From a virus (lineage: Duplodnaviria > Caudoviricetes), in IMG/VR virus record IMGVR_UViG_3300010371_000040, positions 1-59,889 of that record: a stretch of 59,889 nucleotides of DNA. One strand, written 5' to 3'. The position numbers and the translations under genes are program-made. This document shows, piece by piece, positions 26,889 through 36,649 of the stretch (position 1 is the first letter of the stretch; the number at the start of each line of letters is the position of its first letter). Under the pieces are notes generated by a model. The model was not told where the DNA came from, did no database searches, and saw only the letters and a list, made by a program, of their open reading frames with translations.

Positions 26889-27524
26889 ATGGCGCTGATC
26901 GAGATCGAAGACAGCATCGCCGCCGAGCTCGCCAAGAACGGCATTCGCTACACCGACGCCAGCACGACCTATAAGGGTGCGCGCGAGTCCCAGGCCGCGC
27001 TCGCCAAGATTATGGGCGGCCCGCAGCGGATGGAGTTTCTGAAGCTGTACAAGGCAGCGTTCCCGGACGCAGTCGTGCCCGAGCTCGATGCCGCTGCGCC
27101 CGTCAATGATGCCGTCGCCGCGCTCGCCAAGGAATTCTCGGACTATAAGGCCAGGGTCGAGGAAAAAGAGACCGAGCGCGAGAAGAAGCTGCGCGAGGAA
27201 TCCGCTTCGCAGACCGTCGCGAACGGCCGCAAGATGCTCCGCACCGACAAGAAGCTCGATGACGAGGGCGTCGATGCGGTCGAGAAGATCATGCTCAAGC
27301 ACGGCATCCAGGACTACGAGGTCGCGTTCAAGGTGTTCAACGCTGATCGCGAACCTGACCCGCAACAGCTTCCGTCCAGTTGGGCAGGCCGCTCGCTCGA
27401 CTGGTTCGAGAAGCAGGAGAACAAGCCCGACCAGGAACTTCTGCTGAAGGATCCCGCCGCGTTCAAGCGGCAGGAAATCGGCAAGGTCTTGGCCGAGGCC
27501 CGCGCCGGCAAGCTGGCGGCATAA
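26889..27524 (+). CDS. scaffolding protein (putative)
   Basis: Charged coiled-coil immediately before the capsid gene. Confidence 0.6.
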   Translation: MALIEIEDSIAAELAKNGIRYTDASTTYKGARESQAALAKIMGGPQRMEFLKLYKAAFPDAVVPELDAAAPVNDAVAALAKEFSDYKARVEEKETEREKKLREESASQTVANGRKMLRTDKKLDDEGVDAVEKIMLKHGIQDYEVAFKVFNADREPDPQQLPSSWAGRSLDWFEKQENKPDQELLLKDPAAFKRQEIGKVLAEARAGKLAA

Positions 27525-27536
27525 AGGAGAAACGCA

Positions 27537-28559
27537 GTGACCTTCCCGCTTTCCGGAACTGGCATCGCACCGACAGGGCCAGTCTTCAGCGAACTCAACG
27601 CCCTGACGCGCCGCGCATTCATTCCGACGGTGGTCACGCAGCTCTATTTCTCGAGCCCGTCCCTGTTCATGCTGATGGGTGCGGCCCAACGCGCGGCCGG
27701 CGGCCTCAACCAGATCACGGTGCCGGTGCAGGGCCAGTCGATGGTCCAGGGTGCCTGGACCGGCTATGCGGGCAACTTCAACAGGCCTCAGGTCATCCCC
27801 GGCGTTCAGCCCGCCCAGTGGATGCTGAGCTACTATACCGTCCCGGTCCCGCTGGTCATGGGCGAGGCGCTCATCCAGTCGACCGAGGCGATCGTTCCGA
27901 TCATCGACGTCCGCATGAACGACGTGTACGCGGTGATGGCGCAGCAGTTCTCAAGCGCGCTGTTCAGCAACAACTCGGCGAATTCGCTGATGCCGCAGGG
28001 TTTCGTCGAGGCATTCGACGATGGCAGCCAGGTGCCGGTCTACGGCGGCATCGCGCGCAACCAGGGCGGAAACCAGTTCTGGCAGTCCAACCGCATCACC
28101 AATGTCGGCGCCAACAACACGCGCGCCGCCTGGTCGACCTATCTGATCCAGGTGACCAAGCTGGCCGGCGGCGAGACGCCCGATTTCGTGCTGATGTCAC
28201 CCGGCGACTTCGCCGTCCTGGCGGCGCAGTTCATCGGTGTCGAGCAGATCAACATACGTCCGGGCCAGCAGTTCACGATGGACACGAACATCCGGTCGGG
28301 CTTCCCGAACGTGATGATCAACGGGGTGCCGTTCTTCCTCGACTACTCGTGCCCGACCGGCACGGCGTATATGGCGAACAGCAAGTATTACGCCATGCAT
28401 ATCAGTGAGGACGCGCAGTTCGACTTCACCGGGTTCTATAGCCTTGTTCCATTGGGGCAATTGGCCGTCGTAGGCGTAGCTTACACCGGGTATAATGTGA
28501 TTTGCTCAAAGCCCGTTTCTGGTGCAAGTTTCAGTGGCATCACTGGGGCGCCATTTTAG
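27537..28559 (+). CDS. major capsid protein
   Basis: 340 aa, strong AAGGAG RBS, biased codon use, position after scaffold. Confidence 0.8.
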   Translation: MTFPLSGTGIAPTGPVFSELNALTRRAFIPTVVTQLYFSSPSLFMLMGAAQRAAGGLNQITVPVQGQSMVQGAWTGYAGNFNRPQVIPGVQPAQWMLSYYTVPVPLVMGEALIQSTEAIVPIIDVRMNDVYAVMAQQFSSALFSNNSANSLMPQGFVEAFDDGSQVPVYGGIARNQGGNQFWQSNRITNVGANNTRAAWSTYLIQVTKLAGGETPDFVLMSPGDFAVLAAQFIGVEQINIRPGQQFTMDTNIRSGFPNVMINGVPFFLDYSCPTGTAYMANSKYYAMHISEDAQFDFTGFYSLVPLGQLAVVGVAYTGYNVICSKPVSGASFSGITGAPF

Positions 28560-29278
28560 GACTTGCGATTACTTAGTAGTGCCTCTGCAATAGAGTACAT
28601 GTCTTCATCGGTAGTTGAGCCCTTGAAGGCATTGAGTGACCAAAGGATGAACCGGCAGTTCGACTGCACATATCCGAGCTTCGGCTCGATCTTGTCGATG
28701 GAAGGGTGAAAGGTAAAAGGTGTTCCTCCGGGCATACCAATCGCGAATGGGATATTTGAAAGCTCGCATCGGCCAGTCCAGCGGGCTAAAGCCCATTCTG
28801 CCGTTAGGTCGAAAGGCATTCCTCGCTTTTCCGCCCGCCTTCGCACGCCATCCAGCAGGGGCTTCCACGGCTCTTCCAGCCTCCGTTGCTGGTACTGCAC
28901 CTTTCTCCGGCCATTATCAGCATGGCGATAAGCCTCGTGAAGCCGGTAATAATTCCTGGTTTTCCAGCGGTTTCTGCATTCAAAGCAGCAGAACTTCTGC
29001 GTTCGCCTTGTTTGCACGAGCGGGCGCTTGCATTCCAGGCATTCTGTCTCGGCTAGCGCAGGTTTTCCGGCGTTTCGTTTTTCGCGCTCTGCGGCCAATC
29101 TCGCGTCTCGATGGCGCAGATAGCATTGGCGCTGCTTATATCGAAGTCTGCACTTCTTGCCACAGTAAAGGCGAGTTGAGATGCGCGTCTGAAAAGATGA
29201 TCCGCATTGCTGGCAGTTTCGTTCCTCAAGCTTCATTCCGTCCTCACGGGATTTTTGCCTTCGTAAAAGGGGTATCAT
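28556..29278 (-). CDS. free-standing His-Me-finger homing endonuclease with tandem zinc fingers
   Basis: CQQC..YC..KC and CLEC..FC..EC repeats; RCELSNIPF...PSIDKIEPKLGYVQSNCRF..N. Confidence 0.75.
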   Translation of the reverse strand: MIPLLRRQKSREDGMKLEERNCQQCGSSFQTRISTRLYCGKKCRLRYKQRQCYLRHRDARLAAEREKRNAGKPALAETECLECKRPLVQTRRTQKFCCFECRNRWKTRNYYRLHEAYRHADNGRRKVQYQQRRLEEPWKPLLDGVRRRAEKRGMPFDLTAEWALARWTGRCELSNIPFAIGMPGGTPFTFHPSIDKIEPKLGYVQSNCRFILWSLNAFKGSTTDEDMYSIAEALLSNRKS

Positions 29279-29280
29279 AA

Positions 29281-30162
29281 ATGGCGATAGGTGGCCAGGG
29301 TTTGGCTTTGCCCTACCCGCAGTCTCTCAACCCGGTCCCGTTCAACTTCGCGCAGCAGCCGATCGGTCGCACGTTCGATCTGGTCGCGGGCGCGGCGGTG
29401 CTGATTCCGTCCGGGACCTGGATGATCTTCTCCAAGAACGGCTATTCGGTCGTGCAGTACCTGTCGCCGGTGAGCGGCGAATGGGTGCCGCTGGCGAGTT
29501 CGCCGCAGACCACGGGCTTCGTGTTCGTATCGTCGGATGGCGTGAACTTCCGCGTCTGGAACCCGAAAGGCTTCCCGATCAGCGCAACCGTCACCGGCGC
29601 CGGCAGCGGCTACGTGCAGTCCTCGACCACCGTCACCGCCGGTTCGGGCGGCTCGCTGTGGCACGCCATCGTCGGCGGCGCGGTCAACAGCAGCGTCACC
29701 ATCGGCGCCGACGCGAAGGGCAATGTCGGCGGGTCGAATTTCACCCTGCCGCCCACGCTGGTCGTTCAGGCCCCTCCGGCGCAGTTGCAGAACCTGCCGT
29801 CGACCGCCACCGCACAGGGCGGCGTCGCCTGCACGATGACCTGCACGATCAGCGGCGGAGCGATCAACGCCGTGACGGTCGATGCAGCGGGCGCGGGCTT
29901 TCAGTCGGCTCCGGTCGTCCAGGTGATCCCGAACCCCTTCGACCCGAACATCGGTTCGATCACGGTGCCGACGCTGACGACCACGCTGACCGGTTCGGGC
30001 ACGATCACGGCGGTGCTGCTGGACTTCTTCGGCACGGCCTCCGGGTCGGCACCGACGCTGACGATCGCCGGTGCGGGTTCGAGCGCGACGGCGACCGCCA
30101 ACATCGTGGCGACCGCGGCCACGGATACCGTGACGATGCAGCAGGTTCCGAGCGGCATCTAA
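29281..30162 (+). CDS. virion structural (decoration-type) protein
   Basis: Thr/Gly/Ser-rich beta protein with GSGY-type repeats, after capsid. Confidence 0.65.
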   Translation: MAIGGQGLALPYPQSLNPVPFNFAQQPIGRTFDLVAGAAVLIPSGTWMIFSKNGYSVVQYLSPVSGEWVPLASSPQTTGFVFVSSDGVNFRVWNPKGFPISATVTGAGSGYVQSSTTVTAGSGGSLWHAIVGGAVNSSVTIGADAKGNVGGSNFTLPPTLVVQAPPAQLQNLPSTATAQGGVACTMTCTISGGAINAVTVDAAGAGFQSAPVVQVIPNPFDPNIGSITVPTLTTTLTGSGTITAVLLDFFGTASGSAPTLTIAGAGSSATATANIVATAATDTVTMQQVPSGI

Positions 30163-30177
30163 AGTCGATGAGGGGCC

Positions 30178-30900
30178 ATGGCGCTCACAGCCTATCTGGG
30201 TCAGGTCGCCTCGCTCCTCGATGACTTCAGCAACGTCGAGTACTCCCAGGCCAACCTGACCATCTGGATCAACGACGCGCGCGTGCAGATCGCCGCCGTG
30301 TCGGAATCCGTGCGCGGGCTTGCGCAATACACCTTCCTGTCCGGCCAGCACGGGTACAAGTTCGCAGACGCGACCGTGATCCCGACCGGTGCCGGCGGCG
30401 TGCTGACGACCCGCAAAGGCCAGGTGTTCGTCAACAATCAGTGGCAGGAGATATACAACCGCGAGTGGGACTGGTTTTTCTCGTACGAGCTCTGCGGACC
30501 GCGCTCGGTCGCGGTGGGCGTGCCGACGGTGTTTTCCGAGTTCCAGCCCGGCATCACCGGCCAGTTCTGCGTCTCGCCGACGCCCGACCAGAGCTATCAG
30601 GCGAAGTTCGACGCGGTGTGCTACCCGGTCAATCTCGTGAACGACAGCACGAACGAAGCGCTGCCCTATCCGTGGACCGAAGCCGTGCAGTATTATGCTG
30701 CCTACCTCGCGCTCCTGAATGCCCAGCGCAATGCGGATGCAGACCAGATGTTCCAGAGGTACGAGGTGTTCGAGCGGCGGGCGACGCAGATGACCACGCC
30801 GACCGCGCTGCCGGTCAATCGTCCCGGCGGGCCTGGTGCCAAGATCGCGGCGACGAAGTCCGTGCTCACGACGCAGAGCCAGCCGGGCGGGGGTGGCTGA
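30178..30900 (+). CDS. head-tail adaptor paralog 1
   Basis: LTIWINDAR...LPYPWTEAVQYYAAYLA. Confidence 0.7.
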   Translation: MALTAYLGQVASLLDDFSNVEYSQANLTIWINDARVQIAAVSESVRGLAQYTFLSGQHGYKFADATVIPTGAGGVLTTRKGQVFVNNQWQEIYNREWDWFFSYELCGPRSVAVGVPTVFSEFQPGITGQFCVSPTPDQSYQAKFDAVCYPVNLVNDSTNEALPYPWTEAVQYYAAYLALLNAQRNADADQMFQRYEVFERRATQMTTPTALPVNRPGGPGAKIAATKSVLTTQSQPGGGG

Positions 30901-31655
30901 TGGCCCTCTTCGCCTACCGCCAACAGGTGGAGCGGCTGCTTCAGGACACGCAGCAGGTTCTCTATAACCTCGCCGACATCGACGTCTATATCAACGACGC
31001 GCGGGTCCAGATCGCGCTTGCGGCCGAGTGCATCCGACAGCCGGCGCAGATCGCGATGGTCCAGGGACAGCAGTCGTACGCATTCTCCAGCGCAACATTC
31101 ACCGCGGCCCCGACGATTCCCGCTGGTCTGGGCGGGGTCGGCAATGTCCGGAGCTGCATGCTGGTTCTGGCGACGACCAATCCGCAAGGCCAGCCGGGGC
31201 AGAAGCGCATCCCGATCCGCGCGTGGGAGTGGTTCGAAAGCTACTATCTCGCCGTGAACGTGCCGACGCAGGGCGCGCCGGTGATCTCGGCCAGGCTGCA
31301 GCCGGGTCTCGTCGGCACGCTGTGGTTCGCGCCGCCGCCCGACGCGGCCTATCAGATCAACCTCGACGCCGTGGCCTATCCGGCGGCGCTGGCGACCGAC
31401 GCCGACCCGGAGGCTCTGCCGTACCCGTGGACGGACGCGGTGCCGTTCTTCGCCGCATACCTCGCCTATCTCAGCACGCAGAACGCGGACGCGGCTCAGA
31501 AGATGTGGATCGAATATTCGAAATTCCAGCAGCGCGGCACGCAGATCACGACGCCGACTAGGACCCCGTACAAGTACCCTGGCGGCATGGGCGCACAGGA
31601 GGCCATGCAGAAGGTGCCGTTGACCGGCGGCCTGCAGCGCCAGGGTGGCGGCTGA
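30900..31655 (+). CDS. head-tail adaptor paralog 2
   Basis: True start ATG 30900; IDVYINDAR...LPYPWTDAVPFFAAYLA. Confidence 0.7.
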   Translation: MALFAYRQQVERLLQDTQQVLYNLADIDVYINDARVQIALAAECIRQPAQIAMVQGQQSYAFSSATFTAAPTIPAGLGGVGNVRSCMLVLATTNPQGQPGQKRIPIRAWEWFESYYLAVNVPTQGAPVISARLQPGLVGTLWFAPPPDAAYQINLDAVAYPAALATDADPEALPYPWTDAVPFFAAYLAYLSTQNADAAQKMWIEYSKFQQRGTQITTPTRTPYKYPGGMGAQEAMQKVPLTGGLQRQGGG

Positions 31656-32611
31656 TGGGCGCGCTGTATGGGTATATGCAGGCGACCCAGCGACTGCTTT
31701 CCGATGAAGTCCAGGCGGTTTATTCGCTGGATGACCTGGAGAACTATATCCAGCAGGGCCGCGAAGAAGTGGCGATGCAGGGGCAGTGCATCCGGCGGAC
31801 TACGCCCATCTCCGGCTCGATCATGGCGCTCCAGGTGGTCAACCCGGGGTCGGGCTACACCAACCCGACCATCCAGATATCGCCGCCCGACTCGCCGCAG
31901 GGGTTGTTGCCCTATCCCACCGGAGCTCAAGCGACGGGTACGCTTCAGCAGATCGGTGGCCAGATTTCCAACGGCAGCGTCAGCTTCGGCGGCAGCGGGT
32001 ACTATGCGCCGGCCGCGACGGTGGTCGATCCGACCGGCACAGGAGCCGTCGTGCAGCCGATCGTCTCGCCGGTATCGCAGACCACGTACGGGCAGGAGAC
32101 GTATCAGTTCGCCGATTTCCCGATGTCGATGTATCCCGGCGTCGGCCCGATCTTCGCCGCGCGCAGCGTGTCGGTGCAGTGGACGCAGTGGCAATATAGC
32201 ATCAGCTTCGTCTCGTTCTCGAAATACCAGGCGCTGGTCCGGCAGTACGTGTCGTCGTTCTTCGCGCCGCCCGTGATCGGCTGCCAGTTCGGGCAAGGCA
32301 CCGACGGCAGCTTCAAGCTCTATCCGCTGGCCGACCAGAACTATCAGCTCACGCTCGATGCGCTGTGCCTGCCGCTTCCGCTGCTCGACGACCAGTCGCC
32401 GGAAGCGATCCCCGACCCGTTCACCCGCGCGGTGCCGTATTACGCCGCCCACTTGGCGCTTCTTGGCCGCGCCTCGATGTTTCCGCAATACTCGCAACTC
32501 GCCATGGCCTATTTCAATCCCAAGGACGGCGGCCTTTTCGGCATGTATTTGCGCCGCGCTTGCGCGTTCACCCAACCAGGCCGGGTCAGCAGCTTCTATA
32601 GCCGGATATGA
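31655..32611 (+). CDS. head-tail adaptor paralog 3 with GSGY insert
   Basis: LENYIQQGR...IPDPFTRAVPYYAAHLA. Confidence 0.7.
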   Translation: MGALYGYMQATQRLLSDEVQAVYSLDDLENYIQQGREEVAMQGQCIRRTTPISGSIMALQVVNPGSGYTNPTIQISPPDSPQGLLPYPTGAQATGTLQQIGGQISNGSVSFGGSGYYAPAATVVDPTGTGAVVQPIVSPVSQTTYGQETYQFADFPMSMYPGVGPIFAARSVSVQWTQWQYSISFVSFSKYQALVRQYVSSFFAPPVIGCQFGQGTDGSFKLYPLADQNYQLTLDALCLPLPLLDDQSPEAIPDPFTRAVPYYAAHLALLGRASMFPQYSQLAMAYFNPKDGGLFGMYLRRACAFTQPGRVSSFYSRI

Positions 32612-32865
32612 CGATGCACCTCGACAATCTCGCCCGCGCCGTCGAACTCCAGGCGCAACTGAAGCAGTGGCAGGAAGCGCTCAGCCGCTGCGATCCCGGC
32701 GTTTTCCAAGGTGCCTCGGTCCGCGTCTGGACGGCGGCTCACGGACATCAGGGCCAGAAGTCGGAAACGATCGTGAATCTGGAGGCCGGCCAGTTGAAGC
32801 CGTTCTGCGAAGAGAACATCCGGCGCGTTCAGACTGAACTTCGAGAAATCGGGGTGGAGATCTGA
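32608..32865 (+). CDS. hypothetical protein
   Basis: Coupled ORF. Confidence 0.55.
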   Translation: MTMHLDNLARAVELQAQLKQWQEALSRCDPGVFQGASVRVWTAAHGHQGQKSETIVNLEAGQLKPFCEENIRRVQTELREIGVEI

Positions 32866-35117
32866 TGGCTGAAGGCGGCGCATCGCTCCCGGCAGCACCG
32901 CAGCGTACGCCGGGCCTGCCCGAGAACCCGGACATGCTCGTGTTCCAGGGTTTCCAGGGCATCGACACAAAGCCGCCTCGCCCATCCGTAGCCGACAATA
33001 TGTGCAGTTGGGCCTGCAACATGATGTTCTTGGGCGACGGGAACATCCGTACGTTGCCGGACCTCTCGCAGACCCCGCTCTACACGGCGCTCAGCAAGAC
33101 AATCATCCATTTCGACTTTTACGGTCTGTCGCCGGCGGGTCCGGCCAGCGGTCCATCGGCCATCGTCTTTCTCAGCGACGGCAGCGCTGTTTCGGTCGCC
33201 GCCTTCACCGGCGTAGTCACGAACGTTGCGCCGGCAGGAACATTCAATCCGCCCGCCGGCACCGCGGTGGCGACGCGGCAGTTCGGCGTGCAATATCTGC
33301 TGATCGCCACGAACCAGTCGCGCAATGGGTACTGGATCTGGGACGGGACGCTGCTCTATGCGCCGGGCACCATCGGGCCGGAAGTCACGCTGACCGACCC
33401 GGGCACGCTCTACGCATCGGCGCCGACGGTTACGGCGGTGGGTGGCAGCGGGTCCGGTGCGACCTTCACCGCCACGGTGAACGCCGGCGGGGTCGAACTC
33501 GTCACAGTGACAAATCAGGGGTCCGGCTGGTTGAACACCGACCCGGACACGGTGCTTCTGCATTTCACCGGTGGCGGCAGCGGGACGACGGCATACGGGC
33601 ACGCGGTCATCAACGACGGCGCGATTACGAACGCGGAGATCGTGAACGGAGGGTCGGGCTATACGAGCGTGCCCACGATCGGCATCACGGACGCGACCGG
33701 GAGCGGCGCAACCATCATTGTCGACGGCATTTCCGGTGGCGTTATCACGAGCGTGAAGATCACTCATTGCGGCTCAAATTACACCGCGCCGACCGCGACA
33801 GTGACGGGCGGCGGCGGAAGCGGCGCCAACATCGCCCTTCTTCTTCAGAACGGCGTGATCACCGGCGTTTCGATGGTCGACATCGGCAGCGGCTATATCG
33901 AGCGCCCGACCGTCTTCTTCATATCGTCGACCGGATCGGGTGCCAGCGCCGTTGCGGTCCTGTCTCAGGGAACCATCACCGATATCGATTTCGGCGACGG
34001 AGCCGGCGCGGGGTTCAGCGGGTCCGGCTACACCGCGCCGGTCATCGTCGGGTTCGAGGGCGGCGGCGGGCCGGCGAGCGGCACGGTGCAACTCATGCCG
34101 TTCGGCATTCAGGGCACGGCTATCGAGGTCTATCAGAGCCGCGTGTGGATTTCGACCACGCGCACCAAAGTCAAGACGTTCTTCAGCGCGCCCGGTTCAG
34201 CGGTCGACTTCAGCCCGAACGATGGCGGCGGCGTATTCCCGGCCACGGACTCGGTCCTGCGGTATCAGTGGATATCGCTCATCCAGTCGAACGGCTTCCT
34301 GTACCTCATCGGCGATTCGTCGGTGAACTATATTTCCGGAGTGACGACGGCAGGCTCTCCGGTTATCACGACCTTCTCGAACCTCAACGTCGACCCGCAG
34401 ATCGGATCGCCCTGGCGCGACAGTGTGATCTCGTACTCGCGCGCCGTGATCATGGCGAACCCGTTCGGCATCCATGCGATCTACGGCGGCTCGGTGCAGA
34501 AGATTTCGACGCCGCTTGACGGGGTGTTCGGGAGCGCGTCGACGACCCTCGTGCTCAACAACCCCTCGTCGGCGGTCGCGGAGGTGTTCGGCGTCCACGT
34601 CTACATGCTGCTGCTGCCGATCACCGACCCGATCAGCGGGCAAGAGGTCAACACGCTGTTCATGTGGGACGGCAAGCGCTGGTGGGCGTGCCAGACGAGC
34701 ATCGGCCTTCTGAAGATCGCGACCGAGGAGTGGGGCAGCACGATCAACGCCTACGGCACCGACGGCATCAGCATCTATAAGCTGTTCACGACGCCGAGCC
34801 TGCTGACGACCAAGACCATCCAGTCGAAGCAATGGATGCGGCCGTCGGTGAACGTCGAGAAGAAGGCGATGCAGATGTACGCTTTCTGGCAGACGAACGC
34901 CAACGCAACGCTGAACTTCACGGTCGACACCGAGAATGGCTCGACCGCGGTGACACAGGGATCGTTCACCTCGACGACCGGCACGACGACATTCGCCAGG
35001 TCGAACGCCGGCGACAACCTCGGCTATGCTATGGGCTTCACGATGACATCGAACAGCGTCGATTTCACCATCATCAACATGACGTTGCTCATCAAGCAGC
35101 AGAGGCTGAAGGTATGA
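32865..35117 (+). CDS. tail nozzle/DNA-stabilisation protein with GSGY-repeat insertion
   Basis: 750 aa beta-rich, podovirus gene order; several G-S-G-Y/W units. Confidence 0.65.
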   Translation: MAEGGASLPAAPQRTPGLPENPDMLVFQGFQGIDTKPPRPSVADNMCSWACNMMFLGDGNIRTLPDLSQTPLYTALSKTIIHFDFYGLSPAGPASGPSAIVFLSDGSAVSVAAFTGVVTNVAPAGTFNPPAGTAVATRQFGVQYLLIATNQSRNGYWIWDGTLLYAPGTIGPEVTLTDPGTLYASAPTVTAVGGSGSGATFTATVNAGGVELVTVTNQGSGWLNTDPDTVLLHFTGGGSGTTAYGHAVINDGAITNAEIVNGGSGYTSVPTIGITDATGSGATIIVDGISGGVITSVKITHCGSNYTAPTATVTGGGGSGANIALLLQNGVITGVSMVDIGSGYIERPTVFFISSTGSGASAVAVLSQGTITDIDFGDGAGAGFSGSGYTAPVIVGFEGGGGPASGTVQLMPFGIQGTAIEVYQSRVWISTTRTKVKTFFSAPGSAVDFSPNDGGGVFPATDSVLRYQWISLIQSNGFLYLIGDSSVNYISGVTTAGSPVITTFSNLNVDPQIGSPWRDSVISYSRAVIMANPFGIHAIYGGSVQKISTPLDGVFGSASTTLVLNNPSSAVAEVFGVHVYMLLLPITDPISGQEVNTLFMWDGKRWWACQTSIGLLKIATEEWGSTINAYGTDGISIYKLFTTPSLLTTKTIQSKQWMRPSVNVEKKAMQMYAFWQTNANATLNFTVDTENGSTAVTQGSFTSTTGTTTFARSNAGDNLGYAMGFTMTSNSVDFTIINMTLLIKQQRLKV

Positions 35118-35283
35118 CGGCGACCCTAGACCGGCTCGAGCGCGAAAAGGAAGCGCTACACCGTGAAATCAGCCTATACGCCGATGCGCCGGCATTCATG
35201 GACAGCGACGTCATCAACCGGCGGATTTCCAAGGTGCGCGCGCGGATCGGCGAGATCGACGCGGCGCTAGAAAAGGTCGCGGA

Positions 35284-35625
35284 ATGAGCGCGGCGCAGTT
35301 GTTCAATATTCCCGTGACCTCGGAACAGCGCGCCGAGTGGGTGTTCGCCAATGCGTCCTCGCACAACAGCATCGTCGACGCGATCCTGGCGCAAAAGGGC
35401 CAGAATTTGACCCGCTTTTCTCTCGATCCGCTGAACCCGACGAACATTCAGGACTTTCTGCTCGGGCACCAGTTCATGCACGACCAGATGGACCAAGTTC
35501 TCGGCATCGGAGGCAACGACTACACGTCGTTCGACCCCAACGATCCGAGCGCCGTGGATTATTTGTGGCAACAGCATGCCAATGAGCATATTTTGGCCGA
35601 AACTCAGCTTGGGATATCGTCATGA
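35284..35625 (+). CDS. hypothetical virion-module protein
   Basis: His-periodic repeat (H..H). Confidence 0.6.
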   Translation: MSAAQLFNIPVTSEQRAEWVFANASSHNSIVDAILAQKGQNLTRFSLDPLNPTNIQDFLLGHQFMHDQMDQVLGIGGNDYTSFDPNDPSAVDYLWQQHANEHILAETQLGISS

Positions 35626-36383
35626 GCGCCAGACGCCGACCCTACAAGCGACCGGGTCCGAAAGCACCGGAGCCGAGAGCGAAAACCATCCCGATCATGG
35701 GCAAGCAGCCGAAACTTGAGGCCGGCCAGCTATCCCGTCCCGAAATGCACGAGCGTGCGGGCGCATATTCGTCCGAGCCGACCACCCTCCCCGATCCGAG
35801 AGCGAAAATGATCGACACATCGTACGAGTCCACCGTTCCCCGTCGCGTCGTGGAGGCCGAAATCGACGAACTGCTCGACTGGGCCATGCCGCGGTTCAAG
35901 CATCGGTGGCCGCGCTGCACCGAGCAGACCGTTCGTCCGTTCCTCATCATGGCGCTGCGCAACGGGCGGTATTGCTTCCTGCGCACCGGCATGGCCATCG
36001 CCTTGTTCGAGGCGGTGACCGACTGGACCGAGCCGGAGCGCGTGGTCAAGACGATATTCGTCGAGACACAGCCTTCGCGCGGCGTGCGCGGCACCGGCAA
36101 GCTGTCGGACGGGACCGAGATCACCGACCCGGCCGCCGCACCCGGCATCTATCGCGCCGTGAAGTTGGAACTGCCCAACCTGTATAAGGCCGGGTTCAAG
36201 TGGGCGATCGACATCAGCGCCGCCGAGTTTTTCTACGATGACTCGACCGGCGCCGACGTAGAGCCGATTGCCGAACTTCTCGGCAGCGACGGACGGCGCA
36301 TCACACATTCGGTCAACGTCAAGGCGGCGCTTGAGCGGGCCGAAGCGGCGAAAGTGGCTCTGACGGAGATGGCGGCGGAATGA
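35622..36383 (+). CDS. hypothetical protein
   Basis: Coupled ORF. Confidence 0.6.
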   Translation: MSARRRPYKRPGPKAPEPRAKTIPIMGKQPKLEAGQLSRPEMHERAGAYSSEPTTLPDPRAKMIDTSYESTVPRRVVEAEIDELLDWAMPRFKHRWPRCTEQTVRPFLIMALRNGRYCFLRTGMAIALFEAVTDWTEPERVVKTIFVETQPSRGVRGTGKLSDGTEITDPAAAPGIYRAVKLELPNLYKAGFKWAIDISAAEFFYDDSTGADVEPIAELLGSDGRRITHSVNVKAALERAEAAKVALTEMAAE

Positions 36384-36649
36384 TCGCGGGACGCATCAAG
36401 GGGGCGACCCGATATTTGGGTGCCCCAATCGGTTGGGAGCCGGATGAGCAAGGGCCGTGCGCGCATCTCGCTATCTGGGACCACGAGACAACGGCTGGCG
36501 AAGCGATGGCGAGCGTCTGGGAGCCAACACCAGATGAACTGGATCGCCTCGCGAATGGGGCAAAGGTCATTCTGACAGTTTGCGGTCACATTCACCCGCC
36601 AGTGTCTCTCAAGGTCGGCGCCGTGCCAAAAGACGAGGGCCCGGGGTGA
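36380..36649 (+). CDS. hypothetical protein
   Basis: LGAPIGW...CAHL...WEPTPDELDRL..G...HPP, a recurrent phage motif. Confidence 0.65.
   Translation: MIAGRIKGATRYLGAPIGWEPDEQGPCAHLAIWDHETTAGEAMASVWEPTPDELDRLANGAKVILTVCGHIHPPVSLKVGAVPKDEGPG

Noticed and set aside
30441-30899. N-terminal extension of ORF 30441-31655
   Set aside because: Overlaps paralog 1 out of frame; homology starts at ATG 30900
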